From assembly GCF_009914755.1 (NCBI RefSeq), contig NC_060930.1: DNA of 64,000 bases; one strand, given 5' to 3'. The DNA comes from the human T2T-CHM13v2.0 reference genome, Homo sapiens. The notes beneath the pieces were generated by a model. That model made no database searches and was not told where the DNA came from. It was given only the letters and a program-made list of their open reading frames with translations. Both the position numbers and the translations under genes were made by a program. Every line of letters starts with the position of its first letter. Within the stretch, counting starts at the first letter, position 1. Of this stretch, positions 26,776 to 42,875 are shown piece after piece.

Positions 26776-27271
26776 TGTCAAGAATGCTGAATGGTTTGTG
26801 ATAGCATCCTACTTGTAAGCTAATGAGTTAGCCTGCTTCAGTTTCATGGATGCAGGTAGAAAATATGAAACACTTGTTCAGAGAAAAAAGTCTTCATTAC
26901 TCACAGCACAGCAAGCAGCATGAGTTTACTGGTTACATTTGTTCCTTTTGGCACTCAAGTCACATGGAAATGATATATAGAAATCTAGATGGATGCTCCA
27001 CACAGTGGGTTTTGTTAAGGAATTTCAAGCTTAGGAAAAAGTCTTTTATAATGGGCTGCAAGAAACCTACCTAAACTTGGCTTTGGTGAAAGACATTAAT
27101 TTATTATACTAGGCAGAAAACAATTTCTTGCTCTGGAAAGAGATACCATTTCTATCTTCCAAGGTAGTTTGGAATTGAAAAAAATCTTTGAAAAGAACAA
27201 AGGGCACTCTGTGATCTTACTGTCAAGACATGCAGAAACATAAAAGACTCATAGACAATTATTTCCCAGTA
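26776..27271 (-). mobile_element. LTR40-like (ERVL) solo LTR
   Basis: Reverse complement starts TACTGGGAAATAATTGTCTATGAGTCTTTTATGTTTCTGCATGTCTTG, like the LTR40 5' end; contains GTAAGCTAATGAGTTAGCCTGC...CATTACTCACAGCACAGCAAGCAGCATGAG. Confidence 0.7.
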
Positions 27272-28261
27272 TGGTCTCCTGAAGAGCGCAGCTAGATGAA
27301 TGCAGTTAATATGATAGCCAATGCTATGATGATAATAGATAATTGATAGTTATTAGCTAATGCCAGGGGTACCTACATTTTAACAAGTGATTCCTAGACC
27401 TCTATCAGAAAAGATTACAGTGAAAATGATCTCAAGTTCTGGGAATTCTAACCCTATTAACAGATTACCTAGTAATAATGATGTAGATAAAGTGGCTTTA
27501 TTCAACATACTTTTATTCCAAATAAGTAAAGGGTCACCATGTCAGTTAAAAACTACCAATAAATTTCTGTTAGAAAGCTCATTATATGAAAATATCCCAT
27601 TTATATCCAGGAAGCAAAGTAGCTTTCCTAGTGTTACTCATTTTACATGAATAATTATTAATTATTGAGACAACTAACTGGTGTATAATTAAAGAACAGA
27701 TTTTTCCATAATTGTAAATATTTCTGTGCATGTTTTTGTTGAAAATCATGTGTCAATATATATTTATTTGCAAATGTGTAAGTGTTGGCTCTGGCTGCTT
27801 ACCTGCTGCAGTATGATTTATTTTAACAATGTTTACAAATTATTCATGCATAATAAAAATATTTTTTCTAGTTTATCAGTAAACACCTCATTTCCAAATA
27901 GTGGTTGTTTTAAAGAAAATAAAATCTAAGGGTAAAGAATTTTATGCTCTTTAAAAAAACTTACTGACATAAAGGATACTATTTACAAGCAAGTTGATGT
28001 AAGTTCAGAGATATCCTTATACTGTAATCTTACACAAGCAGTACAATTCAGCAACTAATTATCAAAGAAATTGAAAAGAATCTTCTAGGACTCCACTTAT
28101 GGAGACTGGATAATATTAACATATTCTCTAAATATTGACTCTCCAAGGAAAGCAGAATTTGAAAATAGTCTCTTATTTAATGCATCATCTCCCAAAAATT
28201 AGTGTTAATTAATATTTTTTCTTATTTCCCTTATACTTCTATCATATTACATAAACTCTTT

Positions 28262-30106
<1,845 letters not shown>

Positions 30107-30152
30107 CAATATACACATTGAGACACTAAGGGCAAAGAAAAAAATTAAATAT

Positions 30153-32435
30153 TGATATGGTTTGGCTCTTTGTCCCCACCCAAATCTCATTTTGTAGCTC
30201 CCATAATTCCCACATGTTGTGGGACAGACCCAGTGGTAGATTATTGAATTATGGGGGCAGGTTGTTCCTGTGCTGTTCTCGTGATAGCAAATAAATCTCA
30301 TGAGATGTGACAGTATTATAAGGGGGAGTATCCCAGCACAAGCTCTCTTTGCCTGCCACCATCCACATAAAATGTGATTTGCTCCTCCTTGCCTTCAACC
30401 ATGATTGTGAGGTCTCCCCAACCATGTGGAACTATGAATCCAATTAAAACTCTTTCTTTTGTAAATTGCCCAGTCTCTGGTATGTCTTTATCGGCAGCAT
30501 GAAACAGACCAATAAAGTAAATTGGTACCAATAGAGTGGGACATTGCTGAAAAGATACTCAAAAATGTGGAAGCAACTTTAGAACTGGGTAACAGGCAGA
30601 GGTTGGAAGAGTTTGGAAGGCTCAGAAGACAGACAGATGTGGGAAAGTTTTGAATTTCCTAGAGACTTGTTGAATGGCTTTGACAAAATTGCTGATAGTG
30701 ATATGAACAATAAGGTCCAGTCGGGGGTGGTCTCAGATGGAAAGGAACTTGTTAACTGGAGTAAAGGTGACTCTTGTTATGTTTTAGTAAATAAACAGGT
30801 GGCATTTTGCCCCGCCCCAGAAATTTGTGGAACTTTGAACTTGAGAGAGATTATTTAGGGTAACTGGCGGAAGAAATTTCTAAGCAGCAAAGAACTCAAG
30901 AGCTTACTTGGGGGCTGTTAAAGACATTCAGTTTCAAAAGGGAAACACAGCATAAAGGTTTGTAAAATTTGCAGCCTGACAATGCGATAGCAAAGAAAAT
31001 TCCATTTTCTGAGAAGAAATTCAAGCTGGCTGCAGAAATTTGCATGAGTAACGAGGAGACAAATGTTAATCCCCAAGACAATGGAGAAAATGTCTCCAGG
31101 GCATGGCAGAGGTCTTCAAGGCAGCCTCTCCAATCACAGGCCCAGAAGCCTAGGAGGAAAAAATGGTTTTGTGGGCTGGGCCCAGGGTCCCCATGCTGTG
31201 TTCATCCTAGGCACTTGGTGCCCTGTGTCCCAGCTGCTCCACCTGTGACTAAAAGGGGCCAATGTACAGGTTAGGCTGTTGCTTCAGAGGGTGGAAGCCC
31301 TAAGGCTTGGCAGCTGCCACATGGTGTTGAGCCTGTGGGTGCACAGAAGTCAAGGATTGAGGTTTGGGAACCTCCACCTTGATTTAAGAAGATGTATGGA
31401 AATGCCTGGATGCCAATGCAGAAGTTTGATACAGGGGTGGGGCCCTCATGAAAAATCCCTAGAAGGGAAATGTGGGCTTGGAGCCCCCACACAGGGTCCT
31501 TACTGGGGCAACACCTAGTGGAGCTGTGAGAAGAGGGCCACTGTCCTCCAGACCCCAGAATGGTAGATCCACCAACAGCTTGCACTGTGTGCCTGGAAAA
31601 GCTGCAGACATTCAATGCCAGCCCATGAAAGCAGCCAGGATGGACACTGTACCCTGCAAAACCACAAGAGTGGAGCTGCCCAAGACCATGGGAACCCACC
31701 TCTTGCATCAGCATGACCCGGATACGAGACATGGAGTCAAAGGAGATCATTTCGGAACTTTAAGATTTGACTGCCCGGCTCGATTCTGGAATTGCATGGT
31801 GTCTGTAGCCCCTTCATTTTGGCCAATTTCTCATATTTGGAATGACTATATTTATCCAATGCCTGTACTCACATTGTATCTAGGAAGTAACTAACTTGCA
31901 TTTGATTTTATGGGCTCATAGGCAGAAGGGACTTGCATTGTTTCAGATGAGACCTTGGACTTGGACTTTTGGGTTAATGCTGAAGTGAGTTGAGACTTTG
32001 GGGGGCTGTTGGGAAGGCATGATTGGTTTTGAAATGTGAAGATATGAGGTTTGGGAGGGGCCAGGGGCAGAATGATATGGTTTGCTTCTGTGTGCCCACC
32101 CAAATCTCATCTTGTAGCTCCCATAATTCCTACCTTCTGTGGGATGGACCTGGTGGGAGATGACTGAATTATGGTTATGGGGGTGGGTCTTTCCATTGCT
32201 GTTCTCAAATAAGTCTCAAGAGATCTAATGGAATTATAAGGGGGAGTTTCCCTGCACAAGCTCTCTTTGCCTGCCAACATCCACGTAAGATGTGACTTGC
32301 TCCTCCTTGTCTTCTACCATGATTGTGAGGCCTCCCCAGCCATGTGGAACTGTAAGTCCAATTAAACCTCTTTCTTTTATAAATTGCCCAGTCTCAGGTA
32401 TGTCTTTATCAACAGCATGGAAACACACTAATTCA
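30153..32435 (+). mobile_element. Full-length THE1B-like MaLR provirus (5' LTR 30153-30516, internal 30517-32072, 3' LTR 32073-32435)
   Basis: Both LTRs begin TGATATGGTTTG; PBS-like TTGGTACCA after the 5' LTR; PPT GGGAGGGGCCAGGGGCAGAA; perfect TSD AATAT (30148-30152, 32436-32440). Confidence 0.97.
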
Positions 32436-32459
32436 AATATCATATTATATATTTTACCG

Positions 32460-32620
32460 CACACACTTGTCAAGTGTTACATGTGGTGAATAACTATTTT
32501 ATGCATTATTTTATTTAATCTTTCAAGCAAACTTGGGCCTGAAAATTGAAGTTTGTTTCTCTAAGTAACGCAGCTAGTTTGCTTTAGAGCTTAGACACAA
32601 ATCTTTGCTTGTCTAGATGA
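32460..32620 (-). mobile_element. MIR fragment
   Basis: ATGCATTATTTTATTTAATCTTTCAAGCAAAC...CTAAGTAACGCAGCTAGT. Confidence 0.5.
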
Positions 32621-33749
32621 CTGAGCTTAATCAAGTAAACTTTCCTCTAACTTACAAAGTAAGAAAAGAGGGCAAGACTTATATTGTAGTAAATGTTATG
32701 GGATTTGTTTGCTAATACCTCATTTTCAAACTTCTGGCTTTCTCTTATTTTATTGACAGAAAAAAAGTGTTGGCATGCATTTGCATTAAGATATGAAAGA
32801 TAAGAGATAAAAGTTTCTTTTCCTTTTTTTCCTTCATTGGAATTCAGAGCAAAGCATGGCACTTCAAATTAAGGACTACCATCTTTTATTGAGATTATTT
32901 GGATACCCTGCATCCAGTTCTCAAAATACATCATTTAAAAACAACTAAGACAACATTAACAGAGATTAGAAATAGCTATCTACATTGGGACAGTTTCTGT
33001 GTAGAAATGCCCTTACATCTAATTCCATGTCAATGAAGTTAGATAAATATATAATTAAGTACTGTTGCACATGCAAATCCAAAAAGCTCACATGGATCTT
33101 TAATGGTTGGCAGAGTTGGAGGACTTGTATTTTTACTGTAAAGGGGTAGAAGTCATTAGCTCCATGCCCAAAAGAACCTGGTTTGTCATCAACAAAACAA
33201 AACCATACAGATTTTGTCATCCTAAAGTCATGTGAAGATAATAATACCAATAGATAAATGTCAAAGGAGGTCAATATAAAAGCTCACTCCTCCTTTCACG
33301 CAGGATTGGAAATGAACAATAAAATTATTCCAGGCAGAGAGAAAATTAAAGTCTCTGTTAGGCAAACCCCAGAGGTTCTTTCAACTGGGACTTCTTAATT
33401 ATCACTTCAGTTGAATTGCAAGAATTCAGGCATGTGATAGGAAATCTTCTTTCTTGGTTATTTCTTGAGAGTACAAAAAGAGAGAATACACAATATTTTT
33501 AGAAGACAAAGCTCAAAAATAATTTTTCTCCATGGTAAGAGAAAGGAAAGAGAGAGAGAGACTGAAAGAGAGTGTGCTTCTGTCATTAACACATTAAACT
33601 AATTGAATTAAAAAGAGTTGATGCTCACTATGAGTCTGTGGTAGGGGAAGGGGTAGCATTCAAAGATGTGGGGTGTGATAATCATACTCCTCATTTCACA
33701 ATATGTTATCATCATCAGTCCATACAGTCCCTCTACTGTTTTATTTTAT

Positions 33750-35660
<1,911 letters not shown>

Positions 35661-35768
35661 TAATTTACTGCTTGCATAGAGGAATACTACAACCAAACCA
35701 CATTAAAGTCCTACATTAGAATTCACCATCTGTTTCTTCTAAGACACATTAATACCTATGTTGGCCTA

Positions 35769-36025
35769 TGTATTAGTCAGTTTTCATGCTGTTGATAAAG
35801 ACATACTCGAGACTGAGTAATTTACAAAGAAAGAGATTTAATGGACTCACAGTTCCAAGTGGCTGGGGAGGCTTCACAATCATGGCAGAAGGCCATGAGA
35901 ACAGCATGGGGGAAACTGTCCCATGATTCAATTATCTCCCACTGGGTCCCTCCCACAACACATAGGAATTATGGAAGCCACAATTCAAGATGAGGTTTGG
36001 GTGGGGACACAGCTAAACCATAACA
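35769..36025 (-). mobile_element. THE1 (C/D-like) solo LTR with ~100 bp internal deletion
   Basis: TGTATTAGTCAG...GGGACACAGCTAAACCATAACA; TSD GCCTA at 35764-35768 and 36026-36030; jumps from GGCAGAAGG to CCATGAGAACAGC. Confidence 0.92.
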
Positions 36026-37403
36026 GCCTATAATACATAATTTTCAGAAAACATTTTAATATATTTGTGTTATAATACTTAATATATTTGCTTTATATTC
36101 GTGACGGAAGTATTAAAGTGATAAAATTATTTAGAAAAGTAAAGTAATGTTTTGGAAAAAAGGTTGTGCAAGGGAATCTAGGCTTTAGAAATTGATCTCC
36201 ACATTGAAAAAAATAAAGAAATAAAATTAAAGAAAAATAAATCTATATTACAAAAGTTATCTTCCAGTTAGTCAATTTATGGTGGAAAATTAACTATTTT
36301 CTTCAGATATTTACTATATTTGCAAAGGTTATTCTGTATCTTAGACATAGGCACTATGAAAGTCAGGAATACTGGTGGATTTTTAGGAAGTCAATCCGTA
36401 ACTTACAGAAAAGTCTCAAAGCTAATTTATTTGGGAGACCAGAAGTATACAGGGTTACCATGTATTTTTTGTTTATGTCAGTTTTAAAGGTGCCATTTTC
36501 ACTCTATGATTGTGGTTTGTGATGTGCACACTATCTTATAGAGGCAAGACAAGGTGTCAGATTTGGTTCCATATTGAATGCCACAAAGAATACAGATTGC
36601 TTTAAACAAGTCATTCTTGATTAAAGATTTTTCTTAAATCTGACAGTTTTTAAAAAAATTTCTAAAGTAGCAACAGTTTTACTTTTTCTTATACAATGAT
36701 ACATTTTTCAGAGGTCTTCTTACTGTGAAGTAAATTACTTCTTTTAAGCTAGGTGGATCTCTTCACCTAAATTCACCTTCCCACGCCCCACAACAACATT
36801 CTTAGAAATCTTGCAGACTTTCAAGTTAAATGTGACTCTCAGGAGGACAATAAAACCATGCTCTTAGGATATAAACTATTTATTAATTTGTTCAACAAAC
36901 ATTTACTGAATGCCTACCAAGTGTTTGGTACTGTTTTAGGCAGGGAGAGTCAGCTGTTGCCAAGTAAAAACAAATCAGCCTCTTTTGTTCTCTTAATAAC
37001 TTCTTTAGACTTCAAATCAGATTGAACTGACATCTGAGAAGAGAGTGAGAAATTATTCTCAGAGAAAACACAAGTCTTAACTTTTGAAATAAGCAAAGAG
37101 TGTTTGTGTTATCCTGTATCACCAACCACTCTACCTCTCTGGGTCATTCCACTCCAAGAAGCTCTCTCACTGATAGTTTCACTTCTGTAGTGAATTTCAC
37201 TTTCCCTATCCATAGGCCTAATCAATCTGTGCCTCAGGCTTTCTATTCCATTTCCATCCCTTCTCTGCTGCTGGAATATAATAACTAAATAAATTAAATA
37301 AATAAATAAATTTTTCTCACATTAATAGGATCAATGTACTGTACCTGAGCATAGATGACCAAAGTCTATTAGTCCAGGCACAATTATTGACACAGAAACT
37401 TAC

Positions 37404-37475
37404 CTGACCCTAACCCCCAAAGGCAAATAGAGTACTCTACTTAGACTGACAATGTTTTATTATGTTTTTAAATGT
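37404..37475 (-). other. Candidate 72-nt spliced exon (non-coding)
   Basis: Minus strand: acceptor TTTTCTCTGCATTTAG| and donor CAG|GTAAGT; stops in the frame continuing from the upstream ATG. Confidence 0.35.
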
Positions 37476-37548
37476 CTAAATGCAGAGAAAATCCAAAGGT
37501 TCTAATTATTTTCCCTGTCTAGATATGAACATGTTAGATTGGTAGAGA

Positions 37549-37810
37549 TATATATATATATGTGTGTGTGTGTGTGTATGTATATCTTCCTATCTATGTC
37601 TATGTTATATACCCATCTTATAGATTATATATAGATATAATCTATAAAATCATACAAAATATATTATTGCAGATTTATAGATTATTATATAATCTATAAG
37701 ATTATATAATAAATATATATTTATTATATCTATATAATCTATAAGATAGGTAGATTATATATATATGGATAGACAGACATAATCTCTCTATAGATAGCTT
37801 ATATACATAT
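37549..37810. repeat. (TA)n(TG)n microsatellite plus AT-rich imperfect palindrome
   Basis: (TA)n(TG)n at 37549-37577; inverted arms at 37615-37641 and 37723-37747. Confidence 0.9.
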
Positions 37811-38039
37811 AGCTGGAAATTCTTAGATGTCTTCTAGTTTTTCTCTCCTTTGTCAGGATGCAAATTTGTACTACTATTTAATTAAATTATTTTACTCAAT
37901 AGTGACATAATAACAATAATCATTCATTATTTTCTGGCTTCAAGAGATCTCCTCAACTGGGATCCAGTAACTCAACCTAATTTAAAATCTCTAATATAAA
38001 TAATATCTTCTATTTATTGTCCTGTTTGAGAAGATTTGC

Positions 38040-38210
38040 ATAATTATTTTCCATTTTACTCTCCTAACAACCTCATCAAATAGATATCATCATCATCTTA
38101 AAGCAGGAGCAGGGAAGATTAAATAGTTTGAGTATTTTGCCTAAATTAATGCAGCTAGTGTGTATTTTGCCAAAACTGGAAACAAAGTTTCTGATTTCAA
38201 AAACCATGAT
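38040..38210 (-). mobile_element. MIR
   Basis: TTTACTCTCCTAACAACCTC...TTTGCCTAAATTAATGCAGCTAGT...TCTGATTTCAAAAACCATG. Confidence 0.6.
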
Positions 38211-38827
38211 TTTTAATAAGATGCTGGAAAATCTCTTGGCCTGTAAACTTTAGAATTTAGGTACTGTGTTAATAGCCAGATCACAATTCTTGACAAATAG
38301 TTTACCATAATTGAACTCACTAAACATTTAGATGAAAAAAAATAATATGTAAAAGGTAAAGTTCACATCTCCCAAAATTAAAGACCAACCTATTATATAG
38401 TCTGTTTTGTTCTCAATAAATTATGGAATTGGGTTATCTAATAGATAACTTAGATGAAAAGCAAGAAAATGTAGGGTACAATTATATGTATCAGTTATGA
38501 CCAGGCCACAGATCTAGTAGCACATTTGTACCTAGTCTTAAAAAACAAACAAACAAAGAAACAAAACAAAAAAACTTTCATCTGTTTCAAACGGCAAGGG
38601 GCAAAACACACTTTTAAACCAAAGACCTCATTTTGCTTAAAGCAAATGATCATTTCCCTCAAACCCTTCTCTCAGAAGGAAAAGAGGGTGGATCTCTAGT
38701 GGAAGGCATCTCCTATATTTTCATGCAAAAGTTACCACCCTCAAATGGAGAGAAAGGAATGTAAGAGCTCATCTCAGCAAATTTGGTTCCAATACGATAC
38801 TAAGTCAGCTTCTTCTAGTCACCATAC

Positions 38828-39020
38828 CCGACCATGGAGTCCAGCAGTAACTGCAGTGGGCACGGCTGCAAAGTGAAGACTTCTGTATAGAGCCTCTCAG
38901 GAAAGGAGCCTTGAGATATCCCATTTTTTATAAGGCTGAGTACAAATGTGGCCCCATCAGTCACTCTGGTGAAACCTGCTATTTGGAGAGCTTGTCCAAA
39001 TGGCCCCAACCAATCACTCA
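38828..39020 (-). promoter_or_regulatory. Candidate Pol II core promoter and first exon (CCAAT, TATA, TCT-like start, donor)
   Basis: AACCAATCA 39008-39016; TATAAAAAA on minus strand 38932-38924; TCCTTTCC ~27 nt downstream; donor CGG|GTATGG at 38828/38827; no repeat recognised. Confidence 0.45.
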
Positions 39021-39664
39021 ATTATGCTGATTCAAAATTCCGACAAACATTTATATCAACATAATAAAACTCTTTACAGATGGTGGGGGGCATTAGATGC
39101 TTCTATCAATTTAGTCAATAATGTGAAAATCAATTCCAGAAAGTCACAAAATAGGATGAATTACATAGAGAAAAACAGAACAACAATGTGTAACTGAAAG
39201 CTACATAAAGGCTAATGAGTCCTTTTAATTTATATTTACCAAACTGTAAATCTTTTTTCCCCTCTACTTTGAAATATATGAAAGGACATAAGTATATATA
39301 TATATAAAATAACATCAATACTTAAAATTATCCAACTTAAGAGCAAAAATCTGCTAACAACACTAAATCAGTTATACCCTTTTAGCTCATGGTGAAGGGA
39401 GTGGAATCTATGTCATCAAAGTCATTTGAGCCAATTGATGAGTCATTTAAGGGTGAACCACATTGTCAGTATGGATTCTTCCATAGATCGTTAATGACTC
39501 TTTAAGCCTTTATCAGAATTTTGGCTTTTGCAGAAGTGCATTCACATTTTGGATAGCCATTTAGTACCTGCTATAACAGTTATATTCAAGAAAAATCAAA
39601 TGCTCTTGATTTTAAAATACTTTATCAGACTAGAGATTTGCCTTCAACAAAAGACAGAAAATAT

Positions 39665-40460
39665 GAATGATTATTTATTCAAAAAATATTTACTGAGTGC
39701 CTGCTTATTGAGGCATTGGAGATACAACAGTACACAAAATAGATGAAGACTTTTCTTTGATAAAGCACACATTCTAATGTTTGTGTGTTGGGGAGAGGGC
39801 TGATACGGTTTGGCTCTGTGTCCCAATCCAAATCTCATCTCAAATTGTAATCCTCACATGTCAAGGGAGGGACCTGGTGGGAGGTGACTGGATCATGGGA
39901 GCCATTTCACCCATGCTGTTCTTGTGATAGTGAGTTATCACAAGATCTGATGGTTTTAAAGTATGATACTTCTCACCTCTCTCTCTCCTGCCACCACGTA
40001 AGACACACCTTGCTTCCCCTTCACCATCCACCATGATTATAAGTTTCCTGAGGCATTCCCAGCCATGTGGTACTGTGAGTCAATTAAACCTCTTTGCTTC
40101 ATAAATTACCCAGTCTCAGGTAGTATCTTTAAGGCAGTGTGTGAATGAACTAATACAAGGGCTCAGTTTACAAAATAATTAAATCAATAAATAAGCAAAA
40201 TCACATGAGATTATATAAATAAAATGCTGTAAGATGGTGTGCTAGGGAATGAATAGGGCTACATTAGAGATGGAGAGAAAACAATAACTTCTGCAAAAAT
40301 TGATTGGCCAGATGAGTCATCCATGGGAAGATCTGGCAGCAGATCTGGAGCAAAGCATTCCAGGCAGAGAAGAAAGCCAGAGAAGACCCTGATGCAGGAA
40401 GGGAGCTTGGCATGATGAAGTCAACAAATGAAAGCCAGTGTATCTGGAGAAATAAGCTGT
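39665..40460 (-). mobile_element. L2 3' region interrupted by MSTA
   Basis: TTTATTCAAAAAATATTTACTGAGTGCCTGCT...; AGCATTCCAGGCAGAGAAG...GAGCTTGGCATG. Confidence 0.7.
39801..40157 (+). mobile_element. MSTA solo LTR
   Basis: TGATACGGTTTGGCTCTGTGTCCC...AACTAATACA; TSD AGGGC at 39796-39800 and 40158-40162. Confidence 0.94.
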
Positions 40461-42875
40461 GGCAATCGGCTGAAACTGGGCATTGTGGGCATGGGCAATG
40501 GCAATGTTGTAAGAGGAAATAAGAAATAACTACTGAAGTCTTTCAAGTGCACTCAGGAGCAAGTCACTGAGGTCTGAGTGCTTTTTATCAGTTTGCCAGC
40601 TTGCACCAAGTTGGTGCTGCCTTTCTCTACCTCTGCTGAACTTCTAGCTGCAGTGTGTTGTTCCCTGGAAAAACAGCTTTCATTATCACTACATTGTTAA
40701 GTAGGTGGTAATGTCATTATGTCAGCCTTTATGAAAGAAATTACCACCAAAAGGCACAGAGTGCAGGGTCTGGGAAATTCCTCCTTCAACCAGCCCAGTA
40801 GGAATGAGGAATGCTTTTCTGCTGACTGTTCAGCTCAGAAAAGACCCAAACCCCAGGGCTTTAATCCCTCTCTATTCTGATTTAGTCTCAGGAATAGTCT
40901 TAAAGACTCTGGCTCCTTCTCATTGGCAAACCAGGACACAAATCTCTGTTCAGAAACTAATGATTACAGAACTCACATTCAAGGTGTAAATAATCTTCCA
41001 TTTGATCTGCATCAACTGAAATAGTTCTTTGGTAACATTTGGGGAAGGGGTAGAACCTAATTCTGAGTGCAGACAACAACATGTTATAAAAAATTTCTTC
41101 CAAAATGGATTTATTTGTCTCCTTCCCAGATTTGCAATACAGAGGCAAAGGCAGAGATAGAGGTAAAGACAAACTTTTACTTCATGATTTTCCCCCAATC
41201 AGTGTCTCATACATATAGCACAAGACAGCCTTCAAACAGCACACATGGTAGGGTAAAACTCCACAAATATATTCTTTATAGTCACAGATATCTTTTACTC
41301 CCTGTTACCTGCTGTTTATGTAGAACTAAAAAATTTGAAAAGAACAATCTCTCATATAGGAAAGAAGATATATTTTGAGTATTTGCCACCAGAAATCAGC
41401 TTTCCCCCTTTTATTTTTTCTAATAAGGTAATCACACTGCTAGGAGCAAATAATTGTAACTCAACCCAGAGCACAAATGTAATTCCAGAATTCAACAGAA
41501 GCATGGGAGACTTTGGGATGAATCTCTTCCACAGCACAAATGCTGGGTCTAAAATTCAAGGATCCAGAGAGGGGTTTACCCAGAGCAAAAGCTATACTTC
41601 ATTACTGAAGGGATTTGGTTGGGAAAATACACAAGCTGTACCCCCACTGCCATCAGTGCAATGATTGTTTTATAACTTCTTCCTCAGAGACCCCTCAACC
41701 TGCTATCCACAGTTACTGAATGCATCAAAGTGGAGCTATCCATTATTTTCTAGGGTAGTTGTTTTTTATCCAATGTAAAATTTTACAAATTATAAAAGGC
41801 ATACAGAGTTCAAAGTTATTATTGAGTATGTCTAAAACCCTTTTGAGTTATAGACATGAGTACTTATGAGTACTTTGTAATTGCTTTTTGTTAATTACGA
41901 AATTAACTTTTTTTAAGAAAAGGACTAAAGGCAAAGTAACCTGGACTACATTTGACAAATACCAAATGTGTAGAACTTTTCACAGCATTTTAACATTTAG
42001 AGAATAGCAATTACATGGCAATTTGTAATGTTAAGGTTTGAATCTGATGAACATTTACTTTTTGAACATTTAGAATCCACAAACTTCTTTACTTTCTATT
42101 TTGAACATAACATATTTTAAATTACTTCCCTTTGTGTTGGAAATATTGTAAGAGAAAAAGTTAAATAATACATTTCAGCTCTTTATTTCCCATGGTAAAT
42201 TCCCAATAATGTCCTTCAATGGAAATAGAAAAGTAAGTTTTATATTAGTGTACTAACTGGAAAGACAGAGACAGAAGCTACATGCTTCTTAGATCTACCT
42301 GAACCTTTCAATAAAAAAAGCCAAAAATCAAAGGACCACATGTCAAATGGTACTATGAAAAGGAGGAAAAACAAAAGATGGGAAAACATAAGCTACTAGT
42401 TAAATGCAATATTAATTATCAAAGTGAACCAAAAGATAATAACCAAAAAAGAGAAAACTACAAATATTATAAGGGTACTACCATAAAGATAACCATTAAA
42501 ATCAATATAGAATATTTCTTTAAACAAAACAACTAGATAAATAACAAATAAAGTAGAAACCCTAGGGAAAGCCTACTAATATAATATTTAGCTAAGAAGA
42601 GAAAAAAGTAAATATATGCACATATGTGTATGCAAATATACACATATTTTATATATGTATATATGATACATACATGGAGATATATGTAAATATATGCAAT
42701 ATTAAGAAATGGTAAACTCTAACATATGTTCTAATGATTATCTCTATGGGATACATACACTGTATATATTATGGGATTAAGTAATTGAGTGTGCAATTTT
42801 CAGGTTCTATCATTCACAGAGTGGTCAGGATTATTATTGTGGGAGAAAGGAGAGACATATATAAATTAGAAGAAA

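Noticed and set aside
31271-31894. Overlapping 159-aa and 140-aa ORFs
   Set aside because: Lie inside THE1B internal sequence; the same peptides recur in the THE1A copy at 10.1-10.6 kb, so they are repeat-derived.
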